From NCBI GenBank assembly GCA_039621445.1, contig CP154954.1:5987693-6051692 (forward strand): a stretch of DNA of 64,000 bases, in the 5' to 3' direction. A program made the translations under genes and the position numbers. The notes beneath the pieces were generated by a model. The model saw only the letters and a list, made by a program, of their open reading frames with translations. It was not told the origin of the DNA and searched no databases. This document shows, piece by piece, positions 47,899 to 59,568 of the stretch; the first letter of the stretch is position 1; each line of letters opens with the position of its first letter. Source of the stretch: Euglena gracilis (Eukaryota).

Positions 47899-50243
47899 CT
47901 ATACCGCGTACATCGTCATTGGCCAGACCGGAAGGGTTTCTTGGCGGGTGCCTGGCAGGTATCTCGGGGCACCTTGTGGGGCAGGCTGAAGCATCAGTGA
48001 AGTTGGGGTGGGTGGGTGGGTTGGTGTGGGACGTGGCGTTGGAACACCAAACAGGGAGGCGCTGGCATTCAAGCCGGCAGGTTCCGAAAAACTCCGCCAC
48101 TTTGGTTGTGGGGCAGGGGATGCACCAAGGCCTCCGCTGAAATGGAAAAGCAAGTGCCTTTATGGCTCCCTTACTGCCTTCCTTGCTGAAGCTCTGACGC
48201 TGTAAAACCTCCCCTCACAGCACACCCAGCTTCAGGGGACCAAGAAAAAATGTGGGCGGAGTAATGTATATTAGACTCTTCTCCGTCATCATCCGGGATT
48301 CCTTATGCAGTGGGCGCATGCTTTGAACGGTCATTGACTTCTTTCTCACCAATACTCATATCAGCGAAATACTGGCTTGTGAACTTTTATCGAAAACGGA
48401 CTGAAAAAAATAAAAAAAAAAGGAGAACACCAAATGAAAGCTAGCAAACACTTGCGTTGTTGCAGGGTTGGCCGCAAATGTTGCACTTGTCATTTTCACT
48501 GTGCAACACTTATGAGCAAAAAAAAAGTGGAGTATGCAATGGCAATTTCCAGGGACATTCTGATAGAAAATCAATTTACCTGTGAAAGCCAGGGCGTCCT
48601 TTTGCGTAAACCAATTCCGCATCCAACAAAAAAAAAAAAAAAACCACAGGAAAAATGGCCGAAGAATCGTCATTTTGGCAAAAAAATAAACTTAGGAGAA
48701 AAGTTATTTTTGGAATCCTCGGAACCTCGCCCATCCAAAGCGTAAAAAAAAAAAGCATTTTCGACTGTTCAAAACTCGACCCTGATCGACGCCCAGACCG
48801 GCGTTGGCCGGCTCTGAAGCCCAAGGCGGGGAGGCATTTAGGCAAGAAAAATCTTGTCCCTTAACCCCACCCCAAAATACGGCGGGGTCTTATTTTTGAG
48901 GTCCGTTTCTGGAAACCTCCAGGGGCCGATAAAAAACCATCATTTTTCAACTTCCCAAAAACACTAAAAATTTCCTTTGGCACTTCGCGTTGGGTGTAAA
49001 TTGGTATACATTAAGCATGTTTTTTTTTTGCACTTCAAAAATACCAAAATCTTTGAAATTTCATCATTTTTTTGTGTCTGAAATTGGGTTTTTCGGACCC
49101 CCCCTTGTCCACCAACCGGGTTCACAACCCCCAACTAGGGGTGGTTATGCGCCCCCCAACCCGCCTCCCCCCTTGTCTAAGCACCGGGAAAGATGGGTAA
49201 GAACCGGGGGGGGGGGTGCTTATTTTGCCAAAATATGGGTAAGAACCAGGGGGGTGGTGCTAAAATCCGGCGCTTCGCGCCAAAAAGGAAAATTTACTCT
49301 TATTTTGGAGGTCCACTGTTGAACTTACACACATTTGGATGCAGAAATCAACAATACCTCACCAAGTCAGGTCTCAGAAGCTGCAGAAATTTCGGAATTT
49401 TTGAGAAGCTTCCCTTAAAAATGCACACAAAATAAACCTCCCCGTGACGATGACCTTTAAAAAGATGGGTAAGAACCGGGGGGGGGGGTGGTGCTTAGAC
49501 AAGGGTGGAGCTTGGACAAGGGGGGGGGTACGACCCCCAACCAGGGGGTGGTCGTACGACTAGGTGCCAAAAACAACCCAAATTTCAAAGCAACCTGCAA
49601 CCCCAACCGGGGGGGTGGCAGATACATGGGGATGGTCGGTGGACAAGTGGGGGGGGAATATTTCAGGGGAAATTTTCACCCTCCCCAGCGCTTTGCACCG
49701 TCAGGGGGGTGTTATTTTTGGGGTCTTATTTGGATTTTTGCTCGATGGGCCCGGGGGGGGGTGTTATTTTTGGGGGGTCTTATTTTTTTGGAGGGTGTCA
49801 TTTATTTGGGGGGGGGTGGCAAAAATATCAGAAACTTTGCATTTCCGAGGTCAATATGCACAGAAAATGCAGGGATTTCAACTTTCAGAGCAAAAAAAAA
49901 ATAGGCACTTGCATCCATACACTTGCTTTGTTTCAGGGAATTTGAATTTGGATGTGAATGTAAACTCCCATCATCGAAGCGCATGGTCCATCTTTCTTTC
50001 AATAAAATTACCAAATATAATCGCCCTGTTCATTATTCTAAGAGCTAGTGGCATTTCAAGTTCCCTTCTGATTATATTTGTATTTTACGTTTGTATTATG
50101 TGTTTGGCTGTTTGTCTTTCAGCGACTACTTTTGCTGTCACGTCCGAGGGACAAAAATGGCAGCGTTGCGTGGAAGGTTGTCAGAAGTATTGTCCAGGAG
50201 GCGGATGGTCAGCCCTGTCCGGATCCTGGGGGAGGGGGAGGCA

Positions 50244-50303
50244 AGGAGGAGGAGGAGGAGGAGGAGGAGGAGGAGGAGGAGGAGGAGGAGGAGGAGGAGG
50301 AGG
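50244..50303. repeat. (GGA)n microsatellite
   Basis: About 20 tandem units. Confidence 0.95.
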
Positions 50304-50858
50304 CAAAATACATGGGTTGGCCACGGTGGGTTGGGGACAGCAGCCGGAGGGTGGAGCGATACGGGCGTAATGCTTATCTGAGGGAGGAGCCGCATGACAG
50401 GAGGGGGGTACGTGGTCGTGGTCAGGGGGGAATGAGCTGTGAAAGGCTGATGTGCAAATGCACCCCAGAGCCAGCCAGCCAGCCAGCCAGCCAGCACTCA
50501 AACAGTGGGTGCGTCTGACACACTGGGCAAAAAAAGCTTCGGCAGCTCAGTGGTCGCGTCAGTGTGTAAGTCATCGTAGTGTGTTCACATGTGCAGCCTG
50601 GATGGCCCGCCTTTGGAAAATAGAACCTTAAAAAATCTTCAAATGCCTTAAAATACTTTTTAAAAAATACCTTTTAAAATGCCTTGATTTTATTGAAAAT
50701 TTTCGGCTTAAACAAGACTGCCTGCCACCGGAAAAATAGCCGAAATTGACAGCCTCCAAGGCGACAAATTCCCAAGATAGGCAACAACACCACAGGGGTT
50801 AACAGGACGGGGGAACACTCAATTACAAAATTAGGAATCCCGGGGGGGGGGGACTCAT

Positions 50859-51110
50859 CTACAAATCAGCCATTCCGGCGAAATTGCCAGCTATGTTTGT
50901 GTATGGGTCTTTGGGGTGGGGTTCTAGGGATTTGATTGGTTCAATGCCAAAAGGGATGCCAGGGGGTGTTTTCACGAAGCTATCCTTCACCTCTGCAGCC
51001 TCTGGCCTTTGAAAACGTTCACTCAGGAATAGTTTTATCAAATCGTCGTAAATTGTTTTGTAACAATTATACGTGAGTGTCTGTGAGGCTTCATTTTCAA
51101 AAGCCCTGAG
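50859..51110 (-). pseudogene. Possible transposase (hAT-like) fragment
   Basis: Open AT-richer frame YNCYKTIYDDLIKLFLSERFQ resembles the Y..iD..i..L..RF motif upstream of the hAT C-terminal dimerisation domain; no catalytic motifs seen. Confidence 0.25.
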
Positions 51111-51256
51111 GGAGGGGAGCGCCTCAACCCCCGGTGTGCCTGAAACGCTTGGTGGGGGTGGTTTTGGGTCCCAAATGGGCCTCTGAGCACAGTTGAGAAT
51201 ACAGCATGTGAAGGAAGCCGCACGCACTGACACACACCGAGAGAGACAGACAGCAG

Positions 51257-51283
51257 ACAGGCAGGCAGGCAGGCAGGCAGGCA

Positions 51284-51351
<68 letters not shown>
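51257..51351. repeat. (GGCA)n microsatellite
   Basis: Tandem GGCA. Confidence 0.95.
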
Positions 51352-51354
<3 letters not shown>

Positions 51355-51379
51355 ATACATGCAAACACACAGTCAGACA

Positions 51380-51908
51380 CAGGGATGGATGGGAAGCCTT
51401 GAGGGGGGTGGGTCGGACCCCCCCCTCCCGACACGGAGGGGGGGGGGGGGTCGGACCCCCCCCTCCTACCTCGAAACTGAGGGGGGGCCGAAATTTTTTC
51501 GATTTCATGGATGGGCAAAGGGCCGGAAATTGGGTCGGAATCTGTCAAAAAACCCTGATTTTTCTTTGAAAATCGATCCAAAAATGCTCATTTTTTGAAT
51601 TTTTTTGAACATGTTTTTGGGGGAAAACACCAACACATCAAAAAATGGGCAATATGACCAAAAGTCAGCAAAAGGGGTGTTTTTTGCTCATTTTCCGGCG
51701 CGCAGCGCCAGAAGAAAATTTTCTGCTATTTTTGGCACCTGTCAAGGAGGGGGGGGTGGGGGGGTGCGGAAACCCACTCCCAACATCTAGGGGGGGGGGG
51801 GGGTCCGGACCCCGCCCCTCCCACCTACCCCCCCCGGGGGGGGGGGGGGGGGTCGGGACCCCCCCCTACCACCTACCTCAATACCGAAGGGCTTCCCATC
51901 CATCCCTG
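51380..51908. mobile_element. 529-bp hAT-like MITE with perfect TIR and TSD
   Basis: 19-bp perfect TIR CAGGGATGGATGGGAAGCC; perfect TSD GTCAGACA at 51372-51379 and 51909-51916. Confidence 0.92.
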
Positions 51909-52581
51909 GTCAGACACATGTGGACACACAAGAGCGAATTTCAGACCCAATGGGGGGAGGGGCAACACCAGGTGCTATGCCAATTCAAGGATCTCAACCC
52001 ACCAAGAAAGGGAAGGGTCCGGCGTCGTGCAAGCAAGTGCAGAGGAATGATTCAGTGTGAAGGGCCGGATGCGGTCAGTCCTGGCCTGGCGGAGACCGGA
52101 GCAGTGACAAACCCGTTCAATAGGGACGAAAGAAAGAAAGGAGTGAGTGGAGAGGGAGGGGGGGGGGGGGCGGGGGGGAGCATAGACTCACTTAGTGACT
52201 CCTGGGGAGGGGGGGGGCATTTTCCCCCAGGCGGAAACCCACCCGCCCGCCCTTTGAAAACCCCACCAACCCACAACCCTCCCCCCCCAGGGGGGTTCAC
52301 CCACCCACTCACCCATCACAAATTCACCCAAAATCATTCAAAATCGGCCAAGAAACCGTTTAAAATTCTCCTGGCCAACCTCGAAAGTGCCCTACCCCCC
52401 TGCGTGCCCCCCCCGGAGGTGCCCCCGACCTTCCTAAAAAAAAGCCTGACCCAAACCCACCCACCCACTCTCAAAAAAACCGCCCAGCGTGGTCACACTA
52501 GGGTTAAGTAAAATATGGGCGGGAGGGAGGCAGTGACATGTGTGGTCACGCAGCACAGCGGGCCAGGATGGGGGGGGGGGG

Positions 52582-52783
52582 TCAGCGCTTCTTCCGCTTC
52601 TTCTTCTCCTTGGACTTCTTGGCCTTCTTCTTCTCCTTGCGGCGCTTCTTCTTCGCCCGCCGCTTGCGGTCGCCACTGCTGGAGGAGCTGCTGGACTCGG
52701 TCCATTCGCCACTGCAGGGCACGCGCGCGCACACACACATACACACACGCGCGCGCACGCACGCACACACACGCACGCGCGCG

Positions 52784-52826
<43 letters not shown>

Positions 52827-55800
52827 CTCGTTGTTGCTTTTCAGTTAGGGGGGGGGGTGTCCAGGGGTCCCCCAATTGGTGGGGGGGGGGCGCACATTGG
52901 AAGTCAGGTTTTAATGAGTTTCTGAGAGGTTTGTATATTATATATTTATTTTGTTTCAGAAAACCCAAAAAAGCCAAAAAAAAACGAGCATTATTGGCAG
53001 GCTTTGCCCTACCCCCTGCCCAAAGCACCCACCCCCGCAGGGGGTGTGAATTCCCTTAAAAGAAGCCTGTTGAGGGTCCAAAAAAAACTTTCACTTCGTT
53101 CAGGTCAGCGGGAGAATTCTCCATGATAGCGATTATTGTCACACCCCCATTGTCTTCGACACCCAGAATTGTGCATCACCCATCCCAACCCCGACAAGCT
53201 CCCACAACAGTCGAACGTACCTTCCCCACCCGGCCTACCCATAACAACCGTGCGACCATCATTAAAAAAAAAAGCACCCACCTTCTGCTAGCTAGTGCTG
53301 CTCAGCAGACCCCCCCCTCCTGTGGGGGGGGGGTCCACTGGATTCTCCACTGGCCATTGTTTGCACTAGCTGCAGTCAAGCCCCCCCCCCCCCTGGAGGT
53401 TCAGCAACCCTTATTGAGAAACCTGCCCACCATAGAGACCATATATAGAGTTTCCAGAAGTCGCATTCAACCCTGCGAGGGGGGGCCAACCGGGTGGGGC
53501 CAAGCTGCCTTCAACAGCCCAGGGGCCAACGGGGGGGGGGGGGGTCAGCAGTGGCCTGCTTAGATGCAGAGCTGGAGCTGGAACCGGAGCTGCGGCGGCG
53601 CTTCTTGGCCTTGTCCGCCTTCTTGCGGCGCGCTGCGCCGCTGCTGGCAGGGCCGCCCGGGCGGGGGGGGGGGGGTGGCTGTGCGCCGAGTGCGTAGACC
53701 CCAGGTGGTCATCCTTGCATCGCCCAATTCCATGTAGGGAAGGCGTGGTGGGGGGGGGGGGCGACGCTTCAAGCTGCCACCCATAGAGTTTCCGGGACAA
53801 GCCATTGCTTAAGGACCCCCCCCCCCCGGGGGGGGGGTAGGGGGTCTGGACCAATAACCACGTCACTCTGAAAAATCACTCACCCACCCTCCCCAGGGGG
53901 ATCGGCCAGTGACGAAGTGATTGTATGTTCTGGGATCGAGAACGCCTCTGCTAGCTCTCACTGCTCCCATCATCCGAGCTGCTGCTGCTGCTGCTCCGTC
54001 GTCAGCCTCAGAAGGGTGGGTTCTAGTGCGGCAAGACGAGGCTTCTCAGCTTTTTACAGGTGTACCGGTGGATCGACTTTTACCTATACTTTCTGGTTTT
54101 TTTGCAGATGGTGAAAAATTCCACCAAAATAAAAAAAATTATCTGATGTGTGGTACAAAATCTTGGTTCGATAATCTGGATTGATTCAATGTTTAAGATA
54201 CAAATGTGGGTGTGGGTGTGTGTGTGTGTGTGGGTGTGCATGTGTGCAGGCGCGCGTGCATGTGTGTGCGTGCGTGTGTGTGCGCGCGTGTATGTGCAAA
54301 TGTGTGTGTGTGTGCGCGCGCGCGCGTGTGTGTGCGTGCGTGCGCATGTGTGCAGTGTATACTCAAAGCCAGGCCTATTGCAGTTGACGTGGATACTCTT
54401 CTGCAAATTGTCACCAAAGGGTTGGGTACCACAGACCAAGATGACAAGTTCAGGGTCTGAGAAAAACAACCTCTCGTGTGACAGAAAATCTTCACCCCCT
54501 TGGCTGGATAATTTGACACCAAAAAAAATTCAAACCCACATTTTACGCAGTTGCCGTTTCTTTAGCCTTCAGTTCATACAAAAGTTGAATTTTATTGTAG
54601 TGTTTTTGTTGAGGCAAAAATGAACATTCCCATGAGAAATATCAAAATATAAGATATAATAACATAAAACACAAAACATCTATACTAAAACTAATAAAAT
54701 ACTAAAATATCAAAAATATACAAGACATCTGCAACCCTCATGCTTGCCGCCTTCTTCCGCCCCCCCCGCTACCCTTTTTTAAATTCAATCCAGGCTTTTC
54801 CTCCCCCCCCCCTACTGCTTCAGAGGCACCCCCAAGGAGTTGGCCAAAAATACCGTCCCCCCCCCCAATTTTTGAATTATTTGGCTGCCGGAACCCAGGT
54901 TCTGGCTGAATTCAGGGACCGAAAGACAAGTGGAACCTCGGGGCCCAATGCGTCTGGGGCGTCTGAGGCAGCAGACCGGGCCCCGGTCCCCACCCCACCG
55001 CCCTGGCCGCTTCAGGGGCTCCGGGATGAACACCACCTCCGTGCCGTCCGCGTCGTCGGGGACCGCCGCCCGGGGCGGCGGAGCCGGGGGCGAGGGCGGG
55101 CGGCGGGGGCACGGCTGCATGTTGGCCAGGGGGGGGGGGGGCTGGTTCAAAAAAATATTCCGCCGCCTATCCTGGCCCTTGTACGAGAAGGCCCAGTGGG
55201 GTGGGGGTCGACCCCCACACCATAGATTCACTTACTGACCCGGGGGGGGGGGGGCTTTTTCCCGGGCCTTGGAGGGATGGGGTCCCCCACCCCCAACGAG
55301 GCCTTCCCAAATTTCTGGGGGTGCCGACTGTTAGGTCAACGTTTTCCTTGTGTGGTGCTGTGCTGGGTGTGTGGCATAGATTCATAGAAAGATGGATGGA
55401 CAGGCTACCAAATGGGACTTTGCAAGGGGCGATTCCTTCGGCGCCACCGTAAAACTGGGAAGCAGTGGGTGACCCCCCCCAACCCCACCACCAGATGGGA
55501 CCCCCCTCCACCGCCACCCACCGGAAATCCAAACGTGCGATTCCGCCTCCTCCCTCCCGCTATGGGGGCGGGGAGGCCCCCGTCCTCCTCCTCCTCCTCG
55601 GCCTCTCTCTCCACACAGGCAGCCCTGGGCGGGGGGCGTAGTACTGCTCGTCACGCTGGAACTGGGCCCCCCCGCGGCCCCGGAGCCCGTCGAGGGTGGG
55701 CCCCTGCCAAGCCGGCGTTCCGCGGCGTTGGCCCACTGTTTCGTGGTGGAGGTTGACCCTCCGGGGCAGAGGGAAAACACACCCGGCAATGAGGGGGAGG

Positions 55801-58800
55801 ATGACGTTTGGACGGGGCTGGCGCGGCGCAGTAACCCGCAGCTGGTTTCTCAAAACTCTTGCAGCGGCTCCGCAGCACTCCAGCAGCTGTCCCTTGACAG
55901 CATTGTTTCCATTAAAAGTGGTCCGCACCCACCCACCCACCCACCACCCCTGGGGGTACCCGGGGGAGGGCTTGGGGGGACCACTTTTGGGGGTCAAATT
56001 TGGGGTCAAAAAAAAAATTGCGCTTCGAAACCCCCCCCTCCAGCGGGCTACCACTCGGCCAGAACAGGGGAGAAACTGCACATGGGCCAGTCAAAAACTG
56101 CACTGCAAAAACTGCAAAAAACTGCACTTCAACAAAAAAAATTGACAATAAAAAAGCTGAAATGGTGTGCATATGCAAAACAACGGAAAACTGCGACCAC
56201 ATGAGCACGCCCCAATTCACCTAACTTTTTTGCACAGCTTTGGAGCTGATGAAGACAAAGGGGATGCCCACCCCGCAGTGCCGGCACTGCGTGGCACTGC
56301 GTGGCACTGCGTGCACTGCGTGGCACTGCGGGCCGTTAAACCCTTGTTTTTGCATCATTGGCATTTCTGGGCCATCAAGGGCAATTCTGGTTGTTTTGTG
56401 CAACTTTTTGCCTTTTTGGGCCAATTTGACTGCTTCTGGCTAGAAATGTCGAAAAATGACCAAAAAGATGCCTGAAAAGCGTTACATCATTGAAGGTTAT
56501 TGTATGCGGGTTGAACGGCCCGCAGTGCCACGCAGTGCCACGCGGTGCCACGCAGTGCCACGCAGTGCGGGTGGGCATCCCCAAAAAATGGAAGCAGTCC
56601 ATCAAGGTACACTGTACACGGTATTTCATACACTGAAATGCAAGTCATGTGTTTGGATGCCGGGTCACACCGACCATGCCCACAAGGATGCCAAATGGTT
56701 TCCTTCTAAATATGGAAAAGATGCACATAAACCCATTCGCAGAAATATTCGATGCTTTCATTCTTGCAGGGATGTTCAATTTGGAACTTTCGGTCCATTG
56801 AGTGGTGTGACATGGGATGAGCATTGGAATGGCATGGCAATGCAAAGAAAACATCATCGCAACATGCTTTCGTTCGACTGGGTTGTTTTATTTAGAGGAG
56901 AGGTCAGACGATGAAGAGGAGGAGGAGGAGGAGGAGGAGGACGGGAAATTGTATGTTACTGTTGAACGAAATGTACTCGCAAGCAACCTTCATCTGGCAC
57001 ATCGACGTTGAGTCTGCCTTTTCCTTTAGACATACCCTTCGCACGTCGCTTTGTGCCTTTGTTGGCTCGCTTGAGCCTGAAGCATGCACGCCGAGCACTG
57101 AACTGTTGTGCTGCTCAACAACGTCAGAACTCAAACGTAACCGACGATATGCCAAAATCATCCTCAGACTAATGAATTCAGACTTGACAACTGCATCATA
57201 CGGTGTCATAGCAAGGCATGCGCAAAAAAATACACATCAGGTATTGGGGTGGAACGAAGATGTCGGTTACCTGTTGTAATTTGCGCACTCCTTTGACGAC
57301 TGCCCTCACAACCTTCAACATTGTTCAAACCTCCTACAATGCAAAGGTTGGAGAGGGAGCAATTTTGGTTGGGGAGTAATTGTGGCCTTGTCGCCAAAAC
57401 AGCAAGCACCAAAAAATAAACATGTTAGGTTTCCTCAAAACTGGATCAACAAAAAACTGCAAAACAACCTGCAAAAAACCCAAAACGTGAAAACTGCAAA
57501 AAAAACAAACTGCAAAAAAACTTCACGTTGCAGATTTTCCACCTCCCTGACTCCAACCCCCTGGTGGGGGGGGAGGGGCGGACCCACCCACGCCCCCATC
57601 CCCCCCCCTGCCTTGACGTCTCAATCGTGTCCATGTGCCGGCATAATCTGCGCACTGGTCTGCAAAGGAAACGAAGCAAAAGTTTTAAATAAATTTACAA
57701 AATCGTTGCTGCTCGCGGTGCTGGCAGCCACCCAATCGGGACGGGGGTTGGCCTTCTCCTCAACATCACTATCAAGAACACAGGCCCCCCTCCAGCGACC
57801 ATGTTGGAGGTAGGTAGTCAGGCCGACCCCCGCAGGCATTATGACCTTTTAAGCCACCTTAAAAAACCTTAAAATGCCCCAAAATGCCTTCAAATACCTT
57901 AAAAAAAAATCGGACCAGCAGAATTTTCTCTGAAAGAGCAAAAAACAAACCCGGCAAAGTTCCAGCCAACAAAAAACAGCCCAACTCGGGGAAGAAAAAT
58001 GATTTTCGGTATCAATAGAACATTATCTATCCAAACTGAACTCAAAATTCCCAGCCGTCCCAGCCGTCCAGGGGGCACCGACCTGTTAAAACCCTTCTGC
58101 GTCAGTGACACCGTGGGACCAGGGCGTTTTTTAAACGACCCCCCCCCCTCCCCCGGGGTCAGCTCAGAGGCTGGAAATTTTGGGCTGGCTGGAAAAAGGC
58201 TGCTGGCTGACCCCCCCCCCCGGGCTGGAGCTGGACCCAACCTGGGGCCAAACTGGGTCCCAAAAGATCGAGAGTGCAAAACCGTTCAAAAAAAACTGCC
58301 AAATATGCAAAAAAAACAACAAATGTTTCAACGTTTTTTTCAATTTTTTGACCCCAAATATTTCCTGGCCAGGCCATATCTTTCCCTTTTTTTTCCATTT
58401 TCGTCCCATTTTTGTACCATTTTTGAACCCCCAAAAGCGAAAACCCGTTGCTGTCCAGCTGCCCAAAGGGTGGCTGGAAAGATAAATAAATCTCATTGGG
58501 GGGGGGGGACCCGAGATGGAAAAAGACGGCGATGACAGCCCCCGCCCCGGGGGGTGGGGTCAAATTTTCTTAAGCTGCACCCGCCGTGGGACGTGCGGCC
58601 GAAAGGGGGGGCCTGGGCCGCGTCGGGGGCCTTCTCCTCCTCGCTCGAGACGCTGCTGGTGCTGCTGGGCATCTCCCACCGCTCCGGCATCGCCCTCCCT
58701 GACGACTCCGCCGCCCGGTCCGGCCCCGACGGCCGCATGTGGTTGGGGGGAGGCCGCCGCCGGGACCCCCGGGCGGTACGGGAAGGCCGGGTGGGGGTGG

Positions 58801-59537
58801 GACGGTCGACCCCACGATGGCGCCGGGCACGGAATCCGCATTTGTGGCCTAGAAACCCCGGGTCACAGGAAGGGGTGGTGGGGGACTGGCCCTGCCCACC
58901 CATCCACCCACCCACCAGGATGGGGGGGGGGGGTAGGCCCACCCGCCACGCATTGGGTTTTCCCAGCAGGGACCCATAGCCCCAAAGTGGCGGCTGAAAC
59001 GGACTGGGGTGGGAAGAAGTCACAGCGTCTTGCCTTCTCTGCGGGGCGAGGCGCCATGAAGAACTGAGCTTAAATAACCTGCAAGCATCACAGGTGGAGA
59101 CCTGTGATTTCATAATTGTGCGTGAATGAGTATAAGTAACGCATGAAATCATTATGAATTTTTTTTAATTTATATTTTGAAAAAAAAAATGAAAATGATA
59201 AATTGAGTGAGTAATAATGAAATATGTAATAATAATATAATAGTAAAAACAATATATACAATAATAATAACAAGAACAAGAACAACACCAACAATAATAG
59301 TTGCAATTGTAATTGTTATTGTAATTGAAATTGTGATCGTGATCGCGATCGCGATCGTGATCGTGATCATGATCGTAATCATAATCATTATCATAATTGT
59401 AATCATAATCAGAATCAGAATCAGAATCAGAATCAGAATCAGAATCAGAATCAGAATCAGAATCAGAATCAGAATCAGAATCAGAATCAGAATCAGAATC
59501 AGAATCAGAATCATAACAACAGCAACAACAACAACAA

Positions 59538-59568
<31 letters not shown>

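Noticed and set aside
49564-50370. 268-aa plus-strand ORF
   Set aside because: Runs through repeat DNA and the (GGA)n tract; no domain.
50490-50620. hAT dimerisation-domain motif downstream of the putative transposase fragment
   Set aside because: Only a loose AAEAFF resemblance with a stop just upstream; not supportable.
56904-57279. 100-122 aa ORFs on both strands
   Set aside because: Intronic, composition unlike host exons, no recognisable domain.
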